Shown piece by piece: positions 42,544 to 52,616 of a DNA stretch of 64,000 nt. Positions within the stretch are counted from its first letter, which is position 1; each line of letters begins with the position of its first letter. A program made the translations under genes and the position numbers. The DNA lies in contig NZ_CAUPIY010000006.1 in assembly GCF_963511525.1 (NCBI RefSeq), forward strand, positions 23,572-87,571, given 5' to 3'. The DNA is from an uncultured Mobiluncus sp. Its GTDB lineage: Bacteria; Actinomycetota; Actinomycetes; Actinomycetales; Actinomycetaceae. Under the pieces are notes generated by a model. The model had not been told where the DNA came from. It did no database searches and saw only the letters and a program-made list of their open reading frames with translations.

Positions 42544-42662
42544 CGCCTTATACCTTACCGGATTTTGTTGTAATTCCCGCAATAGTGTCCGTCTTGGGCT
42601 GGTTGACACCAGCCTGACCAAACAGCCCGAAAATGCGGAACAAATTGTGGGCGTTAAATGAG

Positions 42663-42701
42663 TTTTCCCCGGTCCGCTGGATCGCAGCGGATTCCGGGGA
42701 A
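42663..42701 (-). terminator. Hairpin after tRNA-Arg
   Basis: TTCCCCGG..TCCGCTG / CAGCGGA.CCGGGGAA inverted repeat. Confidence 0.55.
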
Positions 42702-42704
42702 CAG

Positions 42705-42777
42705 CGCGCCCGAAGGGACTCGAACCCCCAACCTTCTGATCCGTAGTCAGATGCTCTATCCATTGAGCTACGAGCGC
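42705..42777 (-). tRNA. tRNA-Arg(ACG)
   Basis: GCGCTCGTAGCTCAATGGATAGAGCATCTGACTACGGATCAGAAGGTTGGGGGTTCGAGTCCCTTCGGGCGCG; CCA not encoded. Confidence 0.97.
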
Positions 42778-42858
42778 TGAGGTCATTAAGTCTAGCCTTA
42801 ACCTGCACGATTCCCCAAATCGACACTCTCCGGGCAAAAAATCCAGAGGAATCTGGCT

Positions 42859-43458
42859 TCATTCAAAGCGATTCCAAGAGGTCAATTTGTCAGCCTCGGT
42901 GATTTCACGCAACACTCGGCAGGGGTTGCCGATGGCCACGCAGTTATCGGGGATGTCTTTGACGACGATACTGCCCGAACCAATGACCACGTTGCTGCCG
43001 ATGCTCACCCCCGGCAGGACTTGCACAGCGGCACCAATCCACACGTTGTTGCCCACGGTGATGCTGTGGCCGTACTCCAAACCTTGGTTTCGCCGCTCAA
43101 AGTCAATCGGGTGGCCCGCCGTGTGAAATCCGCAGTTCGGAGCAATGAAAACATTATTGCCGAAAGTAATCCGGGCGCAATCCAGCATCACCGTGTTGTG
43201 GTTGGCGTAAAAATTTTCCCCGATTTCAATGTTGTAGCCGTAGTCGCACCAAAACGGGGCGATGATGGTGAAATTTTGCCCGGTTTTGCCCAACAGTTCC
43301 TGCATGAGGCGGTGCTGGGCGGCGTGGTCAGAAGGTCGGATTTGGTTGTATTCAAGACACAAGTCTTTGGCGTGGTCTCTTTCGCCGCAAAGGGTGGGAT
43401 CTCGGTCTGCGTTGTAGAGCATCTGGTTCAGCATTTTTTCTTTTTCAGTTAAACTCAC
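42859..43458 (-). CDS. Maltose/galactoside O-acetyltransferase
   Basis: PFWCDYGYNI, hexapeptide repeats, GNPCRV. Confidence 0.92.
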   Translation of the reverse strand: MSLTEKEKMLNQMLYNADRDPTLCGERDHAKDLCLEYNQIRPSDHAAQHRLMQELLGKTGQNFTIIAPFWCDYGYNIEIGENFYANHNTVMLDCARITFGNNVFIAPNCGFHTAGHPIDFERRNQGLEYGHSITVGNNVWIGAAVQVLPGVSIGSNVVIGSGSIVVKDIPDNCVAIGNPCRVLREITEADKLTSWNRFE

Positions 43459-43572
43459 CAGAACTCCTTTGTGATTGGCAGATAGCTTGTGAAGCTGCCG
43501 CGGCGAACAATCCCCTATCCACAGTGTAGAGCACTCACAGAACCGGAAACGAGACGAACCGGTCTTGTGACT

Positions 43573-44319
43573 TTAGGGCAGGCCGGGGAGGAACACGCTG
43601 ATGATGACCCGCAAAGCCCCAAACGTGGCTAGGGCCAACGCCAAGTTGCGGGCCCACTGAGGCTTGACATATTTCTTTAGTAATCGTGAAATGACGGTGC
43701 CGGCCAAAATAGCCACCAAGATGGCGGCAATCGTAGGGGCGGGTAGGGAGGTAAGTACGGCGTTTTGCCCGCCGAACCAGACTTTGCTGGCCACCACAAT
43801 AATGTTGAAACACAGGAACAGCGGCTGCAAGGTGGCTGCGAACTCGCGCTGGGACCACCGGGTAGTTTGAGAGTAGGCCGCCATGACCGGGCCGGACTGA
43901 GCCACCAGGGCACTCATCATGCCCCCGAGGAAACCAAAGATCAGAGACCCCGAAAAGACGGGTACCGCCCGAAAACGGGGAGCAAAAATGGAAAAGAACA
44001 CCATGGCCAACATAATGATTCCCACAAAAATGGAAAATACACGGTCCGGCACAAACCGCAGTGCCACAACGGTAGCGAACAGCGCCGGCAAGGCGCTGAG
44101 CATCAGCAAGCGGAAACGATACCAGTTCACGTCTCGAAAACCGGTCACGAACAGCAGTAACGTGACTAGACCGCCGCAAATGTTTCCCCACAGAATCCCG
44201 TAGTGAGCTCCGGCTGCCACCACGAAAACCGGGACGGCAATCATGCCAAAACCCATTCCGGCCACACCCTGCACGCAGGTGCCCAGCAAGACGATTGCAG
44301 TCAAGAGGACCATTTCCAT
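43573..44319 (-). CDS. TSUP/TauE-SafE family transporter
   Basis: VQGVAGMGFGMIAVP, about 8 TM, GP motif. Confidence 0.85.
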   Translation of the reverse strand: MEMVLLTAIVLLGTCVQGVAGMGFGMIAVPVFVVAAGAHYGILWGNICGGLVTLLLFVTGFRDVNWYRFRLLMLSALPALFATVVALRFVPDRVFSIFVGIIMLAMVFFSIFAPRFRAVPVFSGSLIFGFLGGMMSALVAQSGPVMAAYSQTTRWSQREFAATLQPLFLCFNIIVVASKVWFGGQNAVLTSLPAPTIAAILVAILAGTVISRLLKKYVKPQWARNLALALATFGALRVIISVFLPGLP

Positions 44320-44383
44320 TACTTCACTATATCGCCTCGCCGCGCGGCCCCCATCATGGAATATGTTTCCTAACTGTGGGAGA

Positions 44384-44419
44384 GTGCGGCTTGGCGCAAT
44401 ATATTGCGCCAAGCCGCAC
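44384..44419. terminator. Perfect 36-bp palindrome, probable terminator hairpin
   Basis: GTGCGGCTTGGCGCAATATATTGCGCCAAGCCGCAC equals its own reverse complement. Confidence 0.65.
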
Positions 44420-44459
44420 ATTTATCAGGGTGAGGAATTCAGCCGGGATTGGCCTAGCG

Positions 44460-45881
44460 TCACCGGCTGACATTGTCGCGATATGCCTCCAGGTAACGCT
44501 GATATTTCTGGGCCGTAATTTCGGCGTATTCTTCCTGCGGGATGATTTCCTCGCCTACCGGCGGTTCGTAATCCTCTAAAGACAGGGTGCTATCCAGCAG
44601 ATACGCCCCCCATAGGGCGGCGCCCATCATGGAGTTTTGTTTCACCAGACAGGGGCTCAGGGTGTGTCCGAACACGTTAGCTGCCAACTGGGACCAGATG
44701 CTGGAGTGGAGGATTCCTCCCGAAATGAGGATACGCTCGGGTTCTCCGTTCAGTTTGGTTACGGCGTCGTAACACTGTTTGAGGTTGAACAACACCCCTT
44801 CCAATACGGCCTGGTAAGTCAGCTTGAAATCGTGCTTTGAGATCAGGCCCAAGAAACCGCCCTTGCGCTTGTCCCCCCAGCCGGGGTTACGTTCCCCAAA
44901 AATGAAGGGTAGAAAGACCGGCGTATCGGCAGCGTAATCCATCCCCGCTTCGAGTTCGTCGTAAGTGGTGGGGCGCAGCGACAAACCTTTGAACCAATCC
45001 ACTGTGTTGCAGGCTCCTGCCGTTGCAGCCCCGGAAATCCAATTCTTTGGTCCGATATAGCACCAGGTGGACATATCCGGGTGGAGCTGCGGTTGAGGGG
45101 ACGTGACCCGTAAAGCACCGGACGTGCCTACCGACAGTGTCATTTGCCCTTCGCGCAAGGCTCCCGAACCAAGCTGATTGAGAGACCCATCGGACATGGC
45201 GGGAACCACAGGGATTCCAGCCGGTAACCCCAAACTGGCTGCAGCTTGGGCGGAAAGCGGCGCCTGATAGTCGTTATCGACAATTTCTGGAAGCTGGGAA
45301 GGTTCGAGGTCAATCACCTCTAGCAGCTTTGGGTCGTATTTCCCGGTGGTGATATTAACCAGTCCGGAACCGGATGCCATACAGCGAGAAACTTTGATGG
45401 TTCCAGTCAAGCGATAGAAGTTATACGTGGCCTGGCCCATGGCGATGTAGGAAGAAATGTTGTATCCCTCTTCTTTGAGGAAGGCAAGTTTAAAGAAAGG
45501 ATAGATAGCGTTGGGATAACCACCCGTGAGGTTATAGTATTCCCTGGTCAGCTGGGGTTTGCTGCGGAAAGCCTCAGCTTGGTCGGAAGCCTTGGTATTG
45601 GACCACTGCATGATGGGGGTCACCGGGTCCAAGTTAGGGTTGAACAGTCCGATGGAATGCCACACCCCAGAGAGAACAATGATGTCAATGTCTGTCCGAC
45701 CCCGCAGAAGTTTCTTGGCTGCCGCCAAGCTCGCTTCATAAACCACCATGGGATCATGCAGGGTCAAATCATTATCCATGGGCGGATAGAAAGCATTTTC
45801 AACCGTAAAATCGTTCTTGACTGTGTCATAGATCATCGCTTTGGCTGAACTGGTTGATGATTCGATAACTAAAACATTCAT
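44460..45881 (-). CDS. gntK: FGGY-family kinase, probable gluconokinase
   Basis: STSSAKA, WHS, ASGSG, DG..NQLGSG, GTSGA, GERNPGW; locus context. Confidence 0.85.
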   Translation of the reverse strand: MNVLVIESSTSSAKAMIYDTVKNDFTVENAFYPPMDNDLTLHDPMVVYEASLAAAKKLLRGRTDIDIIVLSGVWHSIGLFNPNLDPVTPIMQWSNTKASDQAEAFRSKPQLTREYYNLTGGYPNAIYPFFKLAFLKEEGYNISSYIAMGQATYNFYRLTGTIKVSRCMASGSGLVNITTGKYDPKLLEVIDLEPSQLPEIVDNDYQAPLSAQAAASLGLPAGIPVVPAMSDGSLNQLGSGALREGQMTLSVGTSGALRVTSPQPQLHPDMSTWCYIGPKNWISGAATAGACNTVDWFKGLSLRPTTYDELEAGMDYAADTPVFLPFIFGERNPGWGDKRKGGFLGLISKHDFKLTYQAVLEGVLFNLKQCYDAVTKLNGEPERILISGGILHSSIWSQLAANVFGHTLSPCLVKQNSMMGAALWGAYLLDSTLSLEDYEPPVGEEIIPQEEYAEITAQKYQRYLEAYRDNVSR

Positions 45882-45946
45882 CGCGCACTCCTAAAGTTCA
45901 CGGCTTGTTTTCAGTATATCCACAGTGTCTTGCGCGGTGTACTGAT

Positions 45947-46921
45947 TCAAGAAATCGATTTAGAAGCCAGATTAGTTACCGGTTTACCTGCTAAAGCGTG
46001 CAACAGATTGTCTACCGCACCCCGTGCCATGCGGATGCGGCTTTGGACAGTTTGGGCGCCGCTGTGCGGGGTGGCGATGACATTGGGGAAACGGAAAAGT
46101 TCGTGGTCGGGCGAGGGCGGTTCTTGCTCGTAAGCGTCCAAGGCGAGACCGGCGAGTTGACTGGCGTCCAGGGCTGCGGCGGCGGCGGACTCATCGATAA
46201 TCCCCCCTCGTGAAGTATTAATCAAAAACGTACCGGGAGACATGAGACGGAACATTGCAGCATCAAACAGATGTTCAGTCTCCCGCGTGAGCGGCAGATG
46301 TAGGGAGATGAAATTGCTCTCACGCACCAGGTCAGCCAGCTCCATGCCCTGAACCGTCGGGTCGGTGTCGGGGTCAAAAAATGGGTCGTAAACCAGCACT
46401 TTCATCTCCAGACCCGTGACCAACCGGCGCAAAGCCCGCCCGATTGAGCCATATCCCACAATCCCCAAAGTGGCTTGCGACAACTCGGTACCCACCACGC
46501 GCAACCACTGTCCCTGCCGAGTCGTTTCGTTCAACTGGGTAACGTGGCGCGCCAGGGCAAACATACTGGTCAAGGCCATTTCGGCAACCGCGATGGAATT
46601 TGCTCCCGGAGTGTTGGTCACCACGACTCCGTTGTGGCCAGCAGCCTGCAAATCGACCCGATCAACCCCCACACCGTAACGAGAAATGACTCGCAGGTCA
46701 GGGAGCTGATGCAAAACCTCGGCTGAAAAATCGTCCAAACCCGCCAAAATCCCCACGCAACCGCGAGCGGCTTCGACCAGCTGGTCGGCGTCTAAGGGTT
46801 TGCCTGACTGGTTATAAGCCACCTCGTAGCCGCTGTCTTGCAAGAGATCGCGGGCAAACTCCAGCTCCGCTGAGGCAAAAGAGGTGGGTGTCACTAATAT
46901 CTGTGGTTGATGGTTCTTCAT
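45947..46921 (-). CDS. D-isomer-specific 2-hydroxyacid dehydrogenase
   Basis: GVGVDRVD, GYGSIG, LHLPLT, INTSRG, TPH. Confidence 0.9.
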   Translation of the reverse strand: MKNHQPQILVTPTSFASAELEFARDLLQDSGYEVAYNQSGKPLDADQLVEAARGCVGILAGLDDFSAEVLHQLPDLRVISRYGVGVDRVDLQAAGHNGVVVTNTPGANSIAVAEMALTSMFALARHVTQLNETTRQGQWLRVVGTELSQATLGIVGYGSIGRALRRLVTGLEMKVLVYDPFFDPDTDPTVQGMELADLVRESNFISLHLPLTRETEHLFDAAMFRLMSPGTFLINTSRGGIIDESAAAAALDASQLAGLALDAYEQEPPSPDHELFRFPNVIATPHSGAQTVQSRIRMARGAVDNLLHALAGKPVTNLASKSIS

Positions 46922-47208
46922 GGTGTTCTCCGTGGCGGCTCAATAAATATGGTCAGCGTTGAAAACCATCCTAGTTCCCTATCGTTGTTTGTGGCTGGCC
47001 CGCGCGACGCCTTCGGGCGAATCGTCTAAAAATCTCATTATCTGCACCTGCGCAGCTATTTCAACCAAAAACGCGGCGCGTTCCAGTAGACTTTGGGTAC
47101 ATATCGACCGCTGAGTGCCGGCCAACAGGGTTCTTGATGAGGACTGTTGGGGTGTTTGGTGGCCAACATACAAGTGAGAGTTTGCTCTATGTTCAAAGGA
47201 GAGTTTAG

Positions 47209-48615
47209 ATGCAACCATTTGAGATTGAGGGATGGACCCAGACTATGGGGACATTACCGCTGCTCGGCATTGCTTTAGCTGCAATCGCCGCGATTTTGGT
47301 CCTGGTCATTGTATTCAGGCTCCATGCTTTCCTGACCTTGGTTTTGGTCAGCTTCCTCACGGCCTTAGCTACTGGTTTGCCTCTGGATTCAATCGTGGGG
47401 GCGATGAAAGATGGCTTTGGAAGCACCCTGGCCTCGGTCGCGCTGCTCGTTGGCTTAGGTGCCATGCTCGGCAAGATGGTCGAGCAATCGGGAGGCGCGA
47501 AGGTACTGGCGGACACCATGATTAATCTCTTCGGTGAGAAACGTGCCCCCCTTGCTTTGGGTGTGGCATCCCTGATTTTGGGCTTCCCCATCTTCTTTGA
47601 TGCGGGCTTGATCGTGATGCTGCCGATTGTTTTCGCAGTGGCGAAGCGGCTAAAAGGTTCCATCGTCCTCTACGCGATTCCAACCGCGGCCGCGTTCTCG
47701 GTCATGCACGTTTTCCTCCCGCCCCACCCTGGCCCCGTTGCCGCAGCCGATTATTTCCATGCCAATGTGGGTTTGGTGATGCTGCAAGGTTTCATCATCG
47801 TCATTCCGACCTTCATTCTCTCCGGTTACCTGTGGGCTAAATTCATTGCTCCCCGCGTTAAGGTGGAGGCTTCCCACGTGTTCGGTAACGTGTCGGATGA
47901 TGAACTTCCTGATAATCTCCCTTCGGTAGGTACCATCATCGCGTTGCTGCTGCTGCCCGTACTGTTAATTTTCATGAACACCGGGTTTTCGACCCTGTCC
48001 AAGGTCGGAGTTATCAGCGGTGATGCCAGCTGGGTGAAGTTCCTCATCACTTTGGGCGAGACTCCCATAGCGCTGCTGATTTCGACTCTGGTGTCGATTG
48101 CGGTACTTGGCGGCAGGATTTCTAAGGACAAAACTGTTTTGGAAAAGGTGGTTGATTCCGCTTTGGGACCAATCTGTTCGGTGGTGCTCATCACCGGCGC
48201 CGGCGGTATGTTCGGTGGGGTTTTGCGTGCTTCGGGAATCGGTGACGCGTTGGCTAAATCGATGGAAGATTTGGGTATTCCGCTCTTGCTGGCTGCCTAC
48301 CTGATTGCGGTGGCTCTGCGTCTCGCACAAGGGTCGGCCACGGTTGCGCTGGTTACGGCCGCTTCACTGTTGGCTCCGGCGGTCGAACAGGCGGTGTCTG
48401 CCGGTCATCTTTCGCAGTGGGGCGTGGTCTGCATCACTATGGCTGCGTCTGCGGGTTCGGTGTTTGCTTCACACGTCAACGATTCTGGTTTCTGGCTGGT
48501 TGGTCGATTGACGGGTATGGATGTAAAGACCACCCTGAAGGTGTGGACCGTGCAGCAACTTCTCGAATCAGTCATCGCTTTCGCTATCGTGGCGCTGCTT
48601 TTCATCTTTGCTTAG
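47209..48615 (+). CDS. GntP-family gluconate/idonate permease
   Basis: LHAFL, LPPHPGP, QGSATVA, SHVNDSGFW. Confidence 0.92.
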   Translation: MQPFEIEGWTQTMGTLPLLGIALAAIAAILVLVIVFRLHAFLTLVLVSFLTALATGLPLDSIVGAMKDGFGSTLASVALLVGLGAMLGKMVEQSGGAKVLADTMINLFGEKRAPLALGVASLILGFPIFFDAGLIVMLPIVFAVAKRLKGSIVLYAIPTAAAFSVMHVFLPPHPGPVAAADYFHANVGLVMLQGFIIVIPTFILSGYLWAKFIAPRVKVEASHVFGNVSDDELPDNLPSVGTIIALLLLPVLLIFMNTGFSTLSKVGVISGDASWVKFLITLGETPIALLISTLVSIAVLGGRISKDKTVLEKVVDSALGPICSVVLITGAGGMFGGVLRASGIGDALAKSMEDLGIPLLLAAYLIAVALRLAQGSATVALVTAASLLAPAVEQAVSAGHLSQWGVVCITMAASAGSVFASHVNDSGFWLVGRLTGMDVKTTLKVWTVQQLLESVIAFAIVALLFIFA

Positions 48616-48633
48616 AGCGAAGTCCGCGAAATT

Positions 48634-49401
48634 ATGAGTAACTGGTTCGATATTTCTGGTCGAGCCGCCCTAGTAACCGGATCTAACCGGGGACTAGGGC
48701 TGGCTCTGGCCACTGGATTAGCAAAAGCTGGGGCACACGTCACTCTGCAAGGCCGGGATGCCACGAAAGTTTCCCAAGCAGCCCAGCAGTTGTCGCAGTC
48801 CTTGGGGGTCCCGGTCGGACACCTGGTTTTTGATGTCACGAATGCCCAGGACGCCGAGCAGGCTCTCAATGACTTTATGGACAGCCAGGGCACGCCAGAT
48901 ATCCTGGTCAACAACGCTGGCATCCAGCGTCGTCACCCCATCACCGAGTTCCCCACCGAAGAATGGGACGCGGTCATCAACACGAATCTTTCTTCCGTGT
49001 TCTACGTGACGAAACCGGTAGCGCAGCGCATGGTGGAACGCGGCAGTGGCAAAGTCATCATGGTCGGTTCCGTGCAGTCTCGGCTAGCGCGGCAAACCAT
49101 TGCTCCGTACTGCGCCTCTAAAGGCGGCGTAGCGATGTTTGCCCAAGGCCTCGCGGCGGATCTATCGCGCTACAACATCCAAGTCAATACGCTGTCTCCC
49201 GGATACTTTGCTACCGAGATGAACACCGATTTGTGGCAAGACCCGCAATTTGATGCCTGGCTGAAAGCCCGGACTCCGGCGGGACGTTGGGGAAAGTTCG
49301 ACGAGCTGATGGGGACACTCATATATCTGTCCTCCGAGGCGTCGAATTTTGTCACCGGACAAAATATTTTCGTTGATGGTGGAATGACCAGCGTGGTCTA
49401 G
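48634..49401 (+). CDS. idnO: Gluconate 5-dehydrogenase (SDR)
   Basis: TGSNRGLG, NNAGIQRR, IAPYCASK, PGYFATE, RTPAGRWG. Confidence 0.88.
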   Translation: MSNWFDISGRAALVTGSNRGLGLALATGLAKAGAHVTLQGRDATKVSQAAQQLSQSLGVPVGHLVFDVTNAQDAEQALNDFMDSQGTPDILVNNAGIQRRHPITEFPTEEWDAVINTNLSSVFYVTKPVAQRMVERGSGKVIMVGSVQSRLARQTIAPYCASKGGVAMFAQGLAADLSRYNIQVNTLSPGYFATEMNTDLWQDPQFDAWLKARTPAGRWGKFDELMGTLIYLSSEASNFVTGQNIFVDGGMTSVV

Positions 49402-49435
49402 ATCATCAGGTCGAAACGCCACAGGGAGGTAATGA

Positions 49436-50476
49436 ATGACTGACATGAAACAGGTGCGTATCAACGCCAAGGAAGAAATGGAATCCTGCTGCGTGCCTCG
49501 CCCTGAGCCCGGTAAAGGTCAGGTGCTGGTGAGGGTCGCTTGGGCCGGTATCTGCGGTTCGGATTTGCACTATTTCTTTGATGGACAGGTCGGTGCTTTC
49601 AAACTGCGCGAACCGCTGGTGCCAGGTCATGAAATAGTCGGTATCGTCGCTAAGGACCCCTCTGGGACCTACGCGCCAGGAACGCCGGTTACCCCGCATC
49701 CGGCCACCTTCGGCCAGCCCCAAGCCGCCTACAGTGATTCACCTCACTTGTGGCCGGGGGGAGCCTACCTTGGATCGGCCTCCACCTGGCCCCACACCCA
49801 AGGGGGTATGAGCGAATACCTCCTGTTACGACTTGACCAAATCAACGCTTTGCCACCGGATTTGCCGTTGAAACGCGGGGTGCTGACCGAACCTTTGTGT
49901 GTCGGTTTGCACGCCTTACATCGTCTCCAGGCAGCCACAGGATGGCAGAATTTGGCGGGTCGGAACGTGGCGGTAATCGGGGCGGGTCCAATTGGGTTGC
50001 TGGCCGCCGGCGCGGCCCAGAGCCTGGGAGCCCAGGTCAGCTGTATAGATGTGCAGGACGCCCCTCTGCAGCGAGCTCAAGCCCTGGGAGTAGACCACGT
50101 GTATAACTCGACTGTGACTGAACCCGAGGCTGGAGCTTTCGATGCGGTCCTGGAATGCGCGGGCGTGTTTCCCGCCATTTCACAAGCCTTCCAGATTTGC
50201 CGTCCTCGTGGCACAGTGGTTCAGGTGGGAATGGTCCCCGCGATTGATGGGCCGGTCAATTTAGCACCCTTGATTTCCAAAGAAATCACCTATTTGGGAA
50301 CGTTCCGTTTCCTAGACGAAATCGACCAAGCATTGGAAATCTTGGTTGCCGCTCCGCAGTTAGAATCCGTCATTACGCACGAGTTCAACGCTGACGAAGC
50401 TGAAAAAGCCTTCCACACGGCCAAAGACAGTGCCGCGTCCGGCAAAGTAATAGTCAACCTATGGTTTGAGGAGTGA
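49436..50476 (+). CDS. idnD: L-idonate 5-dehydrogenase (MDR)
   Basis: GICGSDLHY, GHE, YLGSA..PHTQG, GAGPIG, GTFRF. Confidence 0.85.
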   Translation: MTDMKQVRINAKEEMESCCVPRPEPGKGQVLVRVAWAGICGSDLHYFFDGQVGAFKLREPLVPGHEIVGIVAKDPSGTYAPGTPVTPHPATFGQPQAAYSDSPHLWPGGAYLGSASTWPHTQGGMSEYLLLRLDQINALPPDLPLKRGVLTEPLCVGLHALHRLQAATGWQNLAGRNVAVIGAGPIGLLAAGAAQSLGAQVSCIDVQDAPLQRAQALGVDHVYNSTVTEPEAGAFDAVLECAGVFPAISQAFQICRPRGTVVQVGMVPAIDGPVNLAPLISKEITYLGTFRFLDEIDQALEILVAAPQLESVITHEFNADEAEKAFHTAKDSAASGKVIVNLWFEE

Positions 50477-50482
50477 AAACTT

Positions 50483-51922
50483 ATGACAGCAAAAGCAGAT
50501 GTAGCAGTAATCGGAACCGGCGTGATGGGACGTTCTTTGGCGCGCAACTTCGCACGTCACGGACACACCGTTGCCCTGTTTGATGTTTCTCCTGGGCGGG
50601 CTGCTCAGGTGGCGCAAGAGCACAGTGCGGAAGGAGCCTTTATCCCGGCTCAGGATCCGGTGAAGTTGGCCGAATCGATGTCCACCCCTCGGGTAGCCAT
50701 TTTGCTGGTGCCAGCGGGTGAACCGACTGACAAGGCTATCGATATGCTCGGGGAAGTTTTCTCCGCCGGGGACATCATCGTAGATATGGGCAACTCTTTC
50801 TACCTTGACACCGAACGACGGGAAAAGCTGGTTACTGAGCGCGGACTGCACTTTGTCGGTTGTGGAATCTCAGGAGGGGAATCCGGGGCTCTCAACGGAC
50901 CCTCCATCATGCCTGGCGGTGCCCAAAAGGCTTACGAGAGGCTGGGGCCCCTGTTGGAATCAATTTCGGCCCATTATCAGGGCGAACCGTGCTGCACCTG
51001 GGTAGGCCCGGGAGGGGCGGGACACTACGTGAAAATGGTGCATAACGGGATTGAATATGCCGATATGGAACTGCTCAGTGAGGCTTACCAGCTATTACGT
51101 TACAGAAACGGAATGAGTCCGGCTGAGATTGGCGAGGTGTTTTCTCGCTGGAACGAGGGCCCGCTGCATTCTTATCTGTTAGAAATATCCGCCGATATTT
51201 TGCAGCATACCGATGAAAAAACGCAGCAGCCTTTCATCGACATTATTTGTGACGAGGCTGGTCAAAAGGGTACGGGTTCGTGGACTGTGCAAAACGCGCT
51301 GACCCTGGGGGCTGGTTCCACCATCATTGCGGCGGCCACTTTTGCTCGGGCGGTATCCTCGCAAAGAGTCCACCGGAACTTGGCCCGTGAGGTCTTAGGA
51401 GAGCTGGTTCCTGACACTGCCCCCGGGGGGCCAGATTTGCTAGATAATCTGGAAAAAGCCGTCTATGGGGCAAAAATTGTGGCGTACTCTCAAGGACTGT
51501 CGCAAATCCAAGCCGCCTGTAAGGAATACGGTTGGGAAGTCGACCTGGCCAAGCTGGCAGGCATTTGGCGTGCCGGCTGCATCATCCAAGCCCGGCTCCT
51601 GCAAGACATCATGGAAACTTACAAGGATGGCGACTTTGATACCCCGCTGTTGCTGAAACCTGCCATCAGCGCGGTCATTAGAGACGCCCTGCCCGCGTGG
51701 CGCGCGGTGGTCAGTGACGCGATCAAAGCCGGGATAGCTCTGCCTGCTCTCAGCGCTGGCTTGGCATATCTGGATTCCTTGCGTTGCCCATCTCTGCCGA
51801 CAGCTCTGGTGCAGGCCCAAAGGGACTTCTTCGGGGCGCATACCTATCGCCGGCGGGACAGTGAGGGAAGTTTCCATACCCGTTGGGAGAAACCGGAACG
51901 TCCGGAGATATCGCTCTCCTAG
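50483..51922 (+). CDS. gnd: 6-phosphogluconate dehydrogenase
   Basis: ISGGE.GA..GPSIMPGG, KMVHNGIEY, GQKGTG, QAQRDFFGAH. Confidence 0.96.
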   Translation: MTAKADVAVIGTGVMGRSLARNFARHGHTVALFDVSPGRAAQVAQEHSAEGAFIPAQDPVKLAESMSTPRVAILLVPAGEPTDKAIDMLGEVFSAGDIIVDMGNSFYLDTERREKLVTERGLHFVGCGISGGESGALNGPSIMPGGAQKAYERLGPLLESISAHYQGEPCCTWVGPGGAGHYVKMVHNGIEYADMELLSEAYQLLRYRNGMSPAEIGEVFSRWNEGPLHSYLLEISADILQHTDEKTQQPFIDIICDEAGQKGTGSWTVQNALTLGAGSTIIAAATFARAVSSQRVHRNLAREVLGELVPDTAPGGPDLLDNLEKAVYGAKIVAYSQGLSQIQAACKEYGWEVDLAKLAGIWRAGCIIQARLLQDIMETYKDGDFDTPLLLKPAISAVIRDALPAWRAVVSDAIKAGIALPALSAGLAYLDSLRCPSLPTALVQAQRDFFGAHTYRRRDSEGSFHTRWEKPERPEISLS

Positions 51923-51986
51923 CAGTAACTATAAGTTAACGTGGTTCACCCGATAGGGTAGTGTCACCAGCAGTACGGTGTGGTTT

Positions 51987-52616
51987 TCAGCGAGTTGCCG
52001 CAATCTCTAGGGCAGCAGCAGCCCGAGCGGCAATTTCGCTGAAATCACCCTGGGCAATTAACTGTCGAGTGGCGATCCAAGAGCCCCCGCAGGCCGCCAC
52101 CTGTGGGTGAGCCAGATACTGCGCCAGATTTTCCGTTGAGATACCACCGGTCGGAACAAACTGTATCTGTGGGAAAGGACCTGAAAGTGCGGAAATAACC
52201 GGCAGCCCGCCCGAGGCTTCCGCGGGGAAGAACTTGACGTACTGCAATCCCGAATTGACCGCTTTCATCAGCCAAGAAGCATCGGTAGCGCCCGGCAACA
52301 CCGGCACTTGGTTCGCCTGGCAGTAATCCACTAGGTCTTGATCGTAACCGGGCATGACCAGGTACTTGGCCCCCGAATCTATGGCGGTTCGAGCCTGTTC
52401 CAGATTCGTGACGGTGCCCGCACCCACCAAAATATCGCTGTGCTGGGACATCTGCGCGATAGCCTCAGCTGCCGCGGCAGTGCGGAAAGTGACCTCAGCG
52501 GTGGTGATGCCTCCGGCAAGCAAAGCGTCCGCCAATGCCACGGCATCTTTCGCATCGTCTAAAACTACTACCGGTATGAGGGGATTTTTCTTGATCACCG
52601 CGTCCATATCCATCAT
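51987..52616 (-). CDS. eda: KDPG/KHG aldolase
   Basis: EVTFRT, VGAGTV, KFFPAE, PTGGI; AGGAGG RBS. Confidence 0.93.
   Translation of the reverse strand: MMDMDAVIKKNPLIPVVVLDDAKDAVALADALLAGGITTAEVTFRTAAAAEAIAQMSQHSDILVGAGTVTNLEQARTAIDSGAKYLVMPGYDQDLVDYCQANQVPVLPGATDASWLMKAVNSGLQYVKFFPAEASGGLPVISALSGPFPQIQFVPTGGISTENLAQYLAHPQVAACGGSWIATRQLIAQGDFSEIAARAAAALEIAATR

Noticed and set aside
42544..42660. SAM riboswitch before metN
   Set aside because: Only a short GGCTGG/CCAGCC hairpin; no SAM-I or SAM-IV consensus recognised.
42778..42860. att-like duplication of the tRNA-Ser 3' end bounding the gluconate locus
   Set aside because: No matching direct repeat found and no integrase in the window.
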